A stretch of 44,667 nt of DNA from Candidatus Omnitrophota bacterium (GCA_015233235.1 JADFYD010000001.1:43909-88575); one strand, 5' to 3'; positions 1-8,480 are shown, counted from the stretch's first letter. The notes: generated by a model from the letters alone, not told the origin. Made by a program: numbers and translations.

Positions 1-18
1 CTATCATAAGAACCCGAC

Positions 19-399
19 CTATTTTTTGGCACCACCAGCCGGAGCTTTTCCGCCGGAAGCCGGAGCCTTAGCGGCACCTGCCGCCGGAGTTTTTGCACCC
101 GCTGCCGGAGCTTTCGCACCCGCTGCCGGAGCTTTCGTACCAGTTGCCGCTGCCTGAGCGCCTTGAGGCGCGGCACCCGCCGCCGGAGCGCCCGCCGCCG
201 CAGCGGCTTCTTCTTCGGTAGCCTTCTCTTTCTTGACCTTGAACATGATCCTTTTAACTTTTGGCAGATGGTACACGGAGTCTTTTGACGAACTCCACTT
301 CTCTTTTTCTACAAGTTCCTTGATCCTCTCGAATCTTTTGATCACGGACCGGAACTTAGCTCCTACTTTACTCATTTTCAAACTGGGATGCTGTGACAT
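19..399 (-). CDS. Small basic protein (PVC-type N-domain) with an Ala/Pro/Gly/Lys-rich histone-H1-like repeat tail
   Basis: 126-aa ORF with ATG at 397-399, preceded by a GGAGGAAAG RBS. The N-terminal ~57 aa (MSQHPSLK..ERIKEL..KW..DSVYHLPKVK) matches, from memory, the ~60-aa small basic protein family of Planctomycetes/Verrucomicrobia-type genomes. The C-terminal ~65 aa is KAPAAGA-type low complexity. Confidence 0.7.
   Translation of the reverse strand: MSQHPSLKMSKVGAKFRSVIKRFERIKELVEKEKWSSSKDSVYHLPKVKRIMFKVKKEKATEEEAAAAAGAPAAGAAPQGAQAAATGTKAPAAGAKAPAAGAKTPAAGAAKAPASGGKAPAGGAKK
38..145. repeat. In-frame tandem repeat: five units each starting GCCGGAG (38-58, 59-82, 83-103, 104-124, 125-145)
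   Basis: Read directly from the sequence. The last three 21-nt units are near-identical. They encode the (K/T)APAAGA heptads of the CDS at 19-399. Confidence 0.85.
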
Positions 400-427
400 T
401 TCTTTCCTCCGCTCATTTATTTTTCAC

Positions 428-1021
428 TTAAGAACTTTTTGCTTTTTTAATAAAGCAGTCCGGATATAACCCCGTGAACCTCGACTTATCTTTCTGCGCT
501 TCTTCGAAGGATGCATAACCCGTGGCAAAAACCTGGAACCAGGCTCCGCTTTTTTCTGACTTTACATTTCCAAAGTTTTTTTGGAGCTTCCTTACCTCAG
601 CTGACGCATTCTGCTCTTTGGAGAAGGTAACGAGCTGTATAGTATAAGCCGATTCAGCGTTTTTGGCAACAATTTTCTCTTCTTTGTACGCGACGGGCTT
701 TTCGTCATTCTTCTTGGCGACCGGAGGCAAGGTTGAAGCGATGTCCGATGTTTCCATGACATCGACATCGTTGGCCTGGACAGAGGCCATTTCCTTTTCC
801 CGAGCCGCTATGCATTTCCCCCTCTCGATGCCTAGAGAGTGCGCGACCACAAGAAGCACCAGAAACACAATACCCGCGATAACCGCCTGTTCGATCGGTA
901 CCTGAATAAAAGGCTTGCACCCCGGAGGCAGCTTGGGCATGTACTCCTGTAACGGCTTCCGTTTTTTTCCTTCACCAAATTTACCCTCAAAGAGATCCGG
1001 TCTAAATTGTTCTTCTTTCAT
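428..1021 (-). CDS. SPOR domain-containing membrane protein
   Basis: 197 aa with one TM helix (AVIAGIVFLVLLVVAH). The C-terminal ~75 aa (YTIQLVTFSKEQNA..KLQK..WFQVFATGYASFEEAQ) has the typical SPOR sequence pattern. Confidence 0.7.
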   Translation of the reverse strand: MKEEQFRPDLFEGKFGEGKKRKPLQEYMPKLPPGCKPFIQVPIEQAVIAGIVFLVLLVVAHSLGIERGKCIAAREKEMASVQANDVDVMETSDIASTLPPVAKKNDEKPVAYKEEKIVAKNAESAYTIQLVTFSKEQNASAEVRKLQKNFGNVKSEKSGAWFQVFATGYASFEEAQKDKSRFTGLYPDCFIKKAKSS

Positions 1022-1024
1022 ATT

Positions 1025-1753
1025 TTATTTGCGCTCGTTAATTTTAATATCTAATAAATCCGACTTTAGCGAAAACGCCTTTTTACCGGTATTCCCGGCA
1101 AGATTCACATTGACGCCATACCAGCCGTCATCCTGCTTCACAAGTACATTGTCGCTAAGATCGCCAAGAAGTTTTTTTGTGAGATCCGGAGCTAAAGCGA
1201 CATACGCGTGGACGGAATAACTTCCGTTTCCCCAATTCCTCTCAATTTCGCCACGGACTGTGGCGCTGGCGGATGTGGCCCTTAAGTTCCTGATTATAAT
1301 ATTTTGCCGGCCTAATAACAACCTAAAATTTACGGTGCCGTACTCCCAATCCGTTACGAGAGGGTTATTTAAATTCAACCCCATGGGAAGACCTTTTTGT
1401 AATTCCGCGTACCTGTTAAGGATATCCACCCCGCTTAGTCTGACATCAACAGAGAGTTTTTTGCTTTTCAAAGTTTGTTTCCAGTCGATGTCTAGCGACA
1501 AACTTTCGGTCTTCACGTCTATCTTTTTTTTGGGATACCCAATCACGAAGTTACGGAATTTCACCGCATTAAATATAGTTCCGTCCTTGCGGGAATACCG
1601 CACCCTGTAGCCGGTAAAATGGTTTATACAAAACACCGCGGCAGATTCTGCGTTAATGGCGAAAATAACAAGAATAACAACCAAAATCAGCGGTATTGCC
1701 GGAAACTTACCGTTTTTTTTTGGCACAAGTTCAAGAAGATTTAACTTTCGCAT
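1025..1753 (-). CDS. Hypothetical membrane-anchored protein
   Basis: 242-aa ORF with an N-terminal TM helix (PAIPLILVVILVIFAI). Its stop lies 3 nt from the start of the downstream SPOR gene. I recognise no family. Confidence 0.5.
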   Translation of the reverse strand: MRKLNLLELVPKKNGKFPAIPLILVVILVIFAINAESAAVFCINHFTGYRVRYSRKDGTIFNAVKFRNFVIGYPKKKIDVKTESLSLDIDWKQTLKSKKLSVDVRLSGVDILNRYAELQKGLPMGLNLNNPLVTDWEYGTVNFRLLLGRQNIIIRNLRATSASATVRGEIERNWGNGSYSVHAYVALAPDLTKKLLGDLSDNVLVKQDDGWYGVNVNLAGNTGKKAFSLKSDLLDIKINERK

Positions 1754-1799
1754 AATATTGTCAGGTCTTCGCGGAGGGAACCCTACCGAATTATATACA

Positions 1800-3308
1800 C
1801 TATTGTGTTAACTCTTTTTTTAGAAGCTGATGCACGTTCTTCTTCTTAATGATCTCACATAAGGCCTCGACAATTTTGGGGTCGAACTGAGTCCCCGCAT
1901 TTTTCTCGAGTTCGTCTATGGCCTTATCGATAGAAAGCGCCCGGCGATACGGCTTATCCATGACCATCGCCTCAAACGCCGAAACTACGGCCATCACACG
2001 AGCTGGAAGTGGTATTTCCTCTCCTTTCAGCCCTTTAGGATAACCGGTGCCGTTATATTTCTCGTGATGGAACAGTATTATCGGAACGATCGGTTTCAAT
2101 GTTTTAGATTTTGACAGGATATCCGCGCCTTTGGAAGTGTGCGTTTTAATAATATCGAACTCTTTTCCGGTCAAACCGCTTTTTTTCATAAGAACTTTTT
2201 CGGGTATGCTGATCTGCCCGGTATCGTGCAGCATCGAAGCATACTGCATAAACTTGACCTCCGTCTCGTTCATATTGAACCTGTTTCCAATGTATGAAAA
2301 AAGCCTGAAGAACGATGTCTGCGCTTTATGCACACCCTGAGAGCGCGTCTGAAGAAGCATCGCAAGGCATTTAATGCTGCCTATCGTAAGATTTTCCTGT
2401 TCCTGATAAAGCTGGGCGTTCCGAATAGCGGTAACCGCCTGCTCCGCCATGGTTTTCATTATCTCCATGTCATCGGCCGTGAATGTCGAATTGTCTATCT
2501 TGTCATACACGGTGATAACACCCAAAACGTCCCCCTCAATAAGCGGCGTCGCCAGAAAGTTTTTACCCATGATCGAGCGGCAATATTTTACAGCCTTACC
2601 GGGAGCATATTTGCCGATCTGGACTTTTTTTAGTTTCGCTTTGGTCTTTCTGAGGTCGATAGTCGTTTTCGGCAAAAGGATCTTTTGTTTTTTATCGACA
2701 AGCTTGATCGAACAGCGGTTCGCCCTCATCACCTGCAGGGTAAGCCTTGCTATACGCGGCAGCAGTTCGTTCATGTTTAATGTGGAACTCATCAACCGGT
2801 GTACAGTATGAACGGTGGAAAGCGCGACAGCCCTAGGACGTATCGTCTCGTTAAGTTCCTCCAACTCAAGTTCAATAGAGGATTTTTTAATTAGGGATTT
2901 CAGAAAGGCCGATATCAATAGCTGCACATTGTTAGACACACGGCTCGAGTGGACCACTAAAACAACAAAACCGAATACTTTATCGTCTTCCCTTAACGGC
3001 CAGACAACACATATTTTATTCTCACCGATAGCCGAGTAACTGGAATATTGTTCTTTTTTGACTTCTTTAATTAGGCGAGCTATCTTGGAGACCGCCCCTT
3101 GAGTCAGCTTTACCTGACCGGAGCCGGAGTGGAACAGCTTGAACAATTCGGAGTCTTTATTAAGAACGGTACCGCTGAGGGCTTCCAGCTTGATCCAGGT
3201 ATGCTTGTCCAGGAACCGCTCGATTACCTTTAGTTCTTCGGAAGCATCCCAATTGTTTGAAAACCGGTAAAATATGTCCTGCAAGTGCTGCTTTTCTATT
3301 TTATTCAT
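1800..3308 (-). CDS. GAF domain / HD-GYP domain protein (putative c-di-GMP phosphodiesterase)
   Basis: Contains HDTGQISIP and HHEKYNGTGYPKGL (HD...HHExxDGxGYP signature) in the C-terminal half, with a GAF-like region upstream. The ORF track starts at a TTG (3317); I prefer the ATG at 3306-3308 (MNKIEK). Confidence 0.85.
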   Translation of the reverse strand: MNKIEKQHLQDIFYRFSNNWDASEELKVIERFLDKHTWIKLEALSGTVLNKDSELFKLFHSGSGQVKLTQGAVSKIARLIKEVKKEQYSSYSAIGENKICVVWPLREDDKVFGFVVLVVHSSRVSNNVQLLISAFLKSLIKKSSIELELEELNETIRPRAVALSTVHTVHRLMSSTLNMNELLPRIARLTLQVMRANRCSIKLVDKKQKILLPKTTIDLRKTKAKLKKVQIGKYAPGKAVKYCRSIMGKNFLATPLIEGDVLGVITVYDKIDNSTFTADDMEIMKTMAEQAVTAIRNAQLYQEQENLTIGSIKCLAMLLQTRSQGVHKAQTSFFRLFSYIGNRFNMNETEVKFMQYASMLHDTGQISIPEKVLMKKSGLTGKEFDIIKTHTSKGADILSKSKTLKPIVPIILFHHEKYNGTGYPKGLKGEEIPLPARVMAVVSAFEAMVMDKPYRRALSIDKAIDELEKNAGTQFDPKIVEALCEIIKKKNVHQLLKKELTQ

Positions 3309-3437
3309 ACCGAACAAATGTAGCGTAAATTAAGCTTAATATTGATGTTCAAAACTGCACAGAAACAAAATCCAACGCTATACTAACACAAAGTTAAAAA
3401 AAACGACAGTGAAATTTAGTTTGCCGATAAGCTTTTT

Positions 3438-3926
3438 TCAAGAAAGGTAGATTATTCTGGGAGTTATATCGGAGTTATCGATATCGATGATACCGAATGA
3501 CCGTTTAGGAGCTAACAAATCTGTGGGACTACCCGGATTAAAATATAGCGTCCCGTTCATCTGCTGGTTGTAAACTTCGTGAGAGTGTCCGAAAATAATT
3601 ATATCGGGCTTATCCTTTTTAAACGCATCATTTACGGCTGCAAGTATGGTCCTTCTGGGTCCATAACCATGTACTACACCAATCTTTTTACTTCCGGCGG
3701 TAAACACTATTTTTTCTGGAAATTTGTTCTTTATGTCGGCGCTGTCCATATTTCCATGCACTGCTTTTAATTCCGCAAGTCCCGCAAGTTTTTTTAAAAA
3801 TTGCATCTCCACGACGTCACCCGCGTGAATTACAAAATCGCACTTTTTGAGCTCTTTGTAGATTTCCGGGTCGATATCATTACAGGAGGAAGGGATATGT
3901 GTATCGGAAAGTACGATAATTTTCAT
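3438..3926 (-). CDS. YfcE/MJ0936-family metallophosphoesterase
   Basis: 162 aa with MKIIVLSDTH, GDVV, GNMD and GHSH metal-ligand motifs. The start overlaps the upstream stop as ATGA. Confidence 0.85.
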   Translation of the reverse strand: MKIIVLSDTHIPSSCNDIDPEIYKELKKCDFVIHAGDVVEMQFLKKLAGLAELKAVHGNMDSADIKNKFPEKIVFTAGSKKIGVVHGYGPRRTILAAVNDAFKKDKPDIIIFGHSHEVYNQQMNGTLYFNPGSPTDLLAPKRSFGIIDIDNSDITPRIIYLS

Positions 3927-5557
3927 AAGACTATTTCGAATTTGCCAAAAAGACGCAGTATAAAATTGAGCTGCTTAAGGTCCCATACCCAAATGCCGGC
4001 GTCCTTCGCAAGCAGATACGCAGTATGTTCTATTCCTTTAAGCGGGATAAATACTTTACGTATTATTTTCATATTCCCGGAATATTGCCGGCATCCGCTT
4101 AGAAGCGCGATATCGGTTTCATCCGCTATGTCGCTGCATTTTATGTGGCACATCCATACTTTGTTCTTTATAAAACCAAGGATCTCAGAAACACTCCCCG
4201 AGATGTTCTTGGAATCTACAAAATCAAAAAACGGGAGTTTCCTCTCATTCATGTTGATGAAGATCTTATTGTTCCTGAACTCGCCAAAAAGGTCCTGCAC
4301 AACGTCTACCACATTCTTCCGGCGGAATTCAATATACCTGTCAAAACAAAAGCTTACGGCATTCATAAACTCGATGTATTTTATGTCCATGTCATCGACC
4401 AGGGTATTAAGCTTTACGGCATAAACGTTCCTCAGCCAGAAATCGAAAAGTTTATCCTGTATCTTATAGAAGACACCGCTTTTCACCACAAGGTCCATTT
4501 CGGCGAGCGCATCAAGCTTTTCGGACAGGCTTTTCACCGACAAGCTAATATCTGCCCTGATAGCCCTGACTGTGCTGTTACCCTTAGCAAGCGATAAAAG
4601 CACCTGCACAAGAACACGTCGTGAAGTTTTCTCGAGAAAGAAATTCACGTGGTTCATGAAATACTGGTTCAAAAAACCGTTCGATTCATAGATAAGTTTT
4701 GCCACCGCCTCGAGAAGTATTTCTTTTTGACCAGCATGGTCCTTACGCGCCTTGGATACATCTGAACAGCCGGTTATGATCAAGTCAATGTAAAAGGGGT
4801 TACCTTGCGTCAGTTCCAGGACATAATCTCTTACCTCCTCACCCAGTGCCATGTCCCTGGCCTTACCGCATATAAAAGCTTTGGCGGTCTCGTTGTCAAA
4901 CCCTTCAACGTCAATGACTTCAAAATTACCGAAGAGCAAAGACAGCTTTTTGCTAAGGATCTCTTTAAGCACTGTTTTCTGAGAACTTGTGACAATGTAC
5001 ATGGTGTTTTTTTGTATCATAATGAACTTGCCGAAAACCTGAAAAGGTTTTTTAACGTCAAAATTCGCCAAATTGTGGAATTCGTCAAACACAACAATAC
5101 AACTTTTATTGGTCTCCAGTTTGAATACCGAAGTAATGTCCAAAAGTTTCTCATACGCCTCGGTATGCTTTTTCTCATCCAACAGTACCATGATCTCGCC
5201 TATCTGCTTAATAGTAACGGGTATATCGGGCTTACAGGACTCAATAAGATCGCTCAAATTGTTTTTGACCGGTTTATTCACGGATTTGCAGTACCTAAAA
5301 AGAAGCGAAGTCATAAAACGGTTTGCGAAAACATCAAACTTTTCATCTACCATCTCGATATATATCGGAATGATATCCGGATCGTCAAGGCTCTTCAAAA
5401 AATGCCGCAGTATAGAGGATTTTCCGCACAGCATGGGACCGGAAAGCGCCAGGTTCTGTCTGTATCCGCCCTTGATGGCAGACACTCTTTTGTGCAGCGT
5501 TGCGAGGATCTCTTCGCGGCCGAAAAAACATTTTCCAGAAACAGGTTCAATAAACAT
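3923..5557 (-). CDS. ORC/Cdc6-like (Arch_ATPase-type) AAA ATPase with a C-terminal DUF234-like region
   Basis: 544 aa with Walker A GPMLCGKSS and Walker B IVVFDEFH. The family call is from memory of PF01637/DUF234 architecture. The C-terminal assignment is weak. Confidence 0.65.
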   Translation of the reverse strand: MFIEPVSGKCFFGREEILATLHKRVSAIKGGYRQNLALSGPMLCGKSSILRHFLKSLDDPDIIPIYIEMVDEKFDVFANRFMTSLLFRYCKSVNKPVKNNLSDLIESCKPDIPVTIKQIGEIMVLLDEKKHTEAYEKLLDITSVFKLETNKSCIVVFDEFHNLANFDVKKPFQVFGKFIMIQKNTMYIVTSSQKTVLKEILSKKLSLLFGNFEVIDVEGFDNETAKAFICGKARDMALGEEVRDYVLELTQGNPFYIDLIITGCSDVSKARKDHAGQKEILLEAVAKLIYESNGFLNQYFMNHVNFFLEKTSRRVLVQVLLSLAKGNSTVRAIRADISLSVKSLSEKLDALAEMDLVVKSGVFYKIQDKLFDFWLRNVYAVKLNTLVDDMDIKYIEFMNAVSFCFDRYIEFRRKNVVDVVQDLFGEFRNNKIFINMNERKLPFFDFVDSKNISGSVSEILGFIKNKVWMCHIKCSDIADETDIALLSGCRQYSGNMKIIRKVFIPLKGIEHTAYLLAKDAGIWVWDLKQLNFILRLFGKFEIVL

Positions 5558-5588
5558 ATATATTGTCCAACAAAATATTTAATTCTTT

Positions 5589-5662
5589 TGGAGCGAGCGA
5601 GGGGAATCGAACCCCCGTTTCCAGCTTGGGAAGCTGAAGTTCTACCATTGAACCACGCTCGC
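5589..5662 (-). tRNA. tRNA-Gly (anticodon CCC), CCA encoded
   Basis: Hand-folded reverse complement: GCGAGCG-TG-GTTC-AATGGTA-GAAC-T-TCAGC-TTCCCAA-GCTGG-AAAC-GGGGG-TTCGATT-CCCCT-CGCTCGC-T-CCA. This gives a 7-bp acceptor stem, a TTCGA T-loop and anticodon loop TT-CCC-AA. Confidence 0.9.
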
Positions 5663-5713
5663 AGCCTCTGACACGCGTACCCGCATGCCGTCTTTTTCAA
5701 GGGAACGATCCCG

Positions 5714-6613
5714 CTAAAACAAGGTCAGCGCTTTCAACGTTTTGTATCTTTTCCCGATATCAGTAGGTCCCGCTTTTAAAAGCGCATCCACCCCAAAAGA
5801 TTCAACGGTGAATGATCCGAATATACTACCATATATCAACGATCTTCTCAAGTCCGTATCGGTGATTTTATTTTTACGTGAAAGGTACCCGAGCATCCCT
5901 CCGGCAAAAGTATCGCCGGCACCCGTAGGATCAATAACGCTTTTCACCAGATACGGCGGCACGACAAACGAAAATCCCGGCGAAAAGAAAAGAGCCCCGT
6001 GTTCCCCCTTTTTGATAACTACCATTTTGGTCCCCAATTTCCGTATCGCGGAAGCAGCCTCTATCAGATTATGCTCACCGGTGAGCAACCGGGCTTCCTC
6101 ATCGTTCAAAAGAAGTATATGTATCTTCTTTAAAAGCTTGAGAAGCGTTCCGCGCTTATTATTTATCCATACATCCATCGTGTCGCAGGCGATCAGCTTT
6201 GAAGGTTTCATGGCCCGGAATATCCAGTCCTGGAGATCCGGGTCTATATTCGCCAGAAAAAGATTATCGTCTGAAGATACACATTTAGGTATTATCGGCC
6301 GAAAAGTCTCGAACACGTTCAAACTCACGGCCAGGGTCTTACGGTGGCAAAGGTCCTTGTCATAACGCGCTTCCCAAGTGAAAGTCTTGCCTTTTTTCAC
6401 TTCAACTCCGCTCGTATTTATGCCCCGCGTTTCAAAAAGTTCAATATATCTACGGTCAAAATCTTCGCCGACAACACTGATCAAATTCACTTTTGAAAAT
6501 GCGGAGGCGCTGATCGAAGCATATGTACCCGACCCGCCGAGTATTCTTCGTCTCGAAGCATCCTTAGCATGTACCGTATCGAACGCGAGAGAACCGATTA
6601 TCGTCAAATTCAT
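5714..6613 (-). CDS. PfkB/ribokinase-family carbohydrate kinase
   Basis: 299 aa with the C-terminal DPTGAGDTFAGG signature and an N-terminal GGSGTYAS motif. Confidence 0.8.
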   Translation of the reverse strand: MNLTIIGSLAFDTVHAKDASRRRILGGSGTYASISASAFSKVNLISVVGEDFDRRYIELFETRGINTSGVEVKKGKTFTWEARYDKDLCHRKTLAVSLNVFETFRPIIPKCVSSDDNLFLANIDPDLQDWIFRAMKPSKLIACDTMDVWINNKRGTLLKLLKKIHILLLNDEEARLLTGEHNLIEAASAIRKLGTKMVVIKKGEHGALFFSPGFSFVVPPYLVKSVIDPTGAGDTFAGGMLGYLSRKNKITDTDLRRSLIYGSIFGSFTVESFGVDALLKAGPTDIGKRYKTLKALTLF

Positions 6614-6629
6614 ATTTATGCCTGTTGGG

Positions 6630-7898
6630 TTAACTTACACCAAAATTTTTTTGCATCTCTTCAACTAGTTTCATCGAGCAAAACTCAGCGCACATAGTGC
6701 ACACATCCTTACCTGACCTAGGGTGAGCTTTCGCCCTGACGGCCCTCGGAAGACTGGCGTCCAGAGAATATTTGAACTGTTTTTCCCAATTTCTGGCCAG
6801 ACGCGCTTTTGAAATGAGATAATCCCTTTCCAGCGCCGATTTAAGGCCACGCGCGATATCCGCCGCGTGTGCCGCGATTTTGGAAGCGATGACCCCGCGG
6901 CGCACATCTTCGGCATCCGGAAGTTTCAAGTGTTCCGCCGGCGTGACATAACACAAAAAATCTGCCCCGTGCCATGCCGCAACTGCTCCTCCGATCGCAC
7001 CGACGATGTGATCGTATCCAGGAGCGGAGTCTGTGACCAAAGGTCCCAAAACATAGAACGGCGCCCCATGGCATATTGATTTTTCAAGTTTTACATTCAT
7101 TTCTATCTGGTTGAGAGGCACATGTCCCGGCCCCTCTATAATGACCTGTACACCGTTAGAAAATGCCCGGCTTTGGAGCTCACCTAGTGTAAGAAGTTCC
7201 TGCACCTGGAGTCGATCGGTCGCGTCATGTATAGTACCGGGCCTTAAACTATCGCCAAGGCTAAGGGTAATATCATATTTCTTTGCTATTTTGATAACAT
7301 CATCAAAACGTGAATAATAAGGGTTTTCACGTTTGTTTTTCATCATCCATGAAGCAAGAAGCGCCCCTCCGCGGCTAACAATATTGATCAGACGCGGATG
7401 TTTCATCGCGTATCGTACAGCATCTATTGTTATGCCTGAATGGATCGTGAAAAAATCGACTCCGTCTTCAGCCTGTCCATTTAGAACGTCGATAAAATCA
7501 TCCTCATTCATTTTATTGAAATTCAGTTTTTTCCCGCAGGCAAGTTCATAGACCGGCACCGTGCCTAGCGGCACGGGACACTCAGCAAGGATTTTTTTAC
7601 GCAGTTTTTTTATATTCAGTCCGGTGGAAAGGTCCATGACGGCGTCCGCTCCGGCGGCAACGGCCGTCTCCATCTTCTTTAATTCCAAGGTCATATTGGA
7701 GCTATCGCTAGAGAGTCCGATATTGGCGTTGATCTTGACCGCCATTCCGCGACCTATGGCCGAAATACGGGAGATTCTGTGCTTCTTGTTTTTCGGAATA
7801 ACTATCGTCCCATCAGCCAAACCTTTCCTTACAACCGACTCTTCTACCCGTTCTATAGAGGCGACTTTTTTTGTAAGTTCACCCGATACTTTAACCAT
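6630..7898 (-). CDS. thiC: Phosphomethylpyrimidine synthase ThiC (short form)
   Basis: 422 aa with EGPGHVPL, a YVLGPLVTD-type block and C-terminal CTMCAEFCSMK (the Fe-S CxxCxxxxC of ThiC). Confidence 0.95.
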   Translation of the reverse strand: MVKVSGELTKKVASIERVEESVVRKGLADGTIVIPKNKKHRISRISAIGRGMAVKINANIGLSSDSSNMTLELKKMETAVAAGADAVMDLSTGLNIKKLRKKILAECPVPLGTVPVYELACGKKLNFNKMNEDDFIDVLNGQAEDGVDFFTIHSGITIDAVRYAMKHPRLINIVSRGGALLASWMMKNKRENPYYSRFDDVIKIAKKYDITLSLGDSLRPGTIHDATDRLQVQELLTLGELQSRAFSNGVQVIIEGPGHVPLNQIEMNVKLEKSICHGAPFYVLGPLVTDSAPGYDHIVGAIGGAVAAWHGADFLCYVTPAEHLKLPDAEDVRRGVIASKIAAHAADIARGLKSALERDYLISKARLARNWEKQFKYSLDASLPRAVRAKAHPRSGKDVCTMCAEFCSMKLVEEMQKNFGVS

Positions 7899-7928
7899 CA
7901 GTTTTCCGCCAATTCAAACTTTAATGTA

Positions 7929-8357
7929 TTAATTTTTTTTTCTTATGACTGCGCCGGCAATGTTTTTTTCGATGTCATACAGCTTAAAACGCAATTTTTT
8001 CATTTTACCCGAAGCGCCGGAATCGAACAGTTTCAATACTTCTTCCAGCACCCTCAGAGACTCTTTTCCTCTTTGCACATTCGCCAAAAAAATATCCATG
8101 GGACTTTCTTTTAACCTTTCAGAGCAGGTAGTTCTCGTACCGATGTCACCGACAGAATCCCGCGCGGAAAGAAGTTCCTCAATGTATTCAGCTCGCAGGG
8201 TCTTCACGGCTGCGAAAATGTCATGGCGGAGGTCCTTGAGCCGCCCCGTCGCTTTTTTATCACTTTTCCAGAACCGCGCCATATCTTCGGCGACCCTCAC
8301 CGCTTCAAGCGCGCGGTTCAGGTTCGCGTCGATTATTCTGTATACACCTTTGTCCAT
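7929..8357 (-). CDS. ThiD2-like / thiamine-phosphate-synthase N-terminal-domain-like protein
   Basis: 142 aa. The N-terminus YRIIDANLNRALEAVRVAEDMARF resembles, from memory, an accessory domain seen at the N-terminus of some ThiE-annotated proteins. It sits directly upstream of thiC. The function is uncertain. Confidence 0.45.
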   Translation of the reverse strand: MDKGVYRIIDANLNRALEAVRVAEDMARFWKSDKKATGRLKDLRHDIFAAVKTLRAEYIEELLSARDSVGDIGTRTTCSERLKESPMDIFLANVQRGKESLRVLEEVLKLFDSGASGKMKKLRFKLYDIEKNIAGAVIRKKN

Positions 8358-8375
8358 ATTTAAGACTCCGAGGGG

Positions 8376-8480
8376 ACTTGGTACTTGGTACTTGGTATTT
8401 GGTTTTACTCATCAAACCAAGTACCATTAACCAAATACCATTAACCAAGTACCATTAACCAAATACCACAAACCATAAAC
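8376..8480. repeat. Composite heptamer-based tandem and inverted repeat
   Basis: ACTTGGT x3 plus ATTTGGT at 8376-8403. An 8-nt loop follows. Then AACCAAGTACCATT / AACCAAATACCATT 14-mers occur x4.5 at 8415-8480. 8394-8405 pairs with 8414-8425 (12 bp including one G-U). Confidence 0.9.

Noticed and set aside
5395-5700. 101-aa minus-strand ORF.
   Set aside because: It runs straight through the tRNA-Gly gene and the ATPase start region. It has no RBS and no motif, so it is spurious.
5558-5713. Integration hotspot or mobile element at tRNA-Gly.
   Set aside because: There is no integrase, no transposase, and no direct repeat of the tRNA 3' half anywhere I could see in the window. Only the compositional hint and the orphan ATPase module remain, and these are reported as a low-confidence finding.
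8376-8480. Possible CRISPR array.
   Set aside because: The period is 7/14 nt with no unique spacers, the total length is about 100 nt, and no cas genes are present. It is a simple tandem and inverted repeat.
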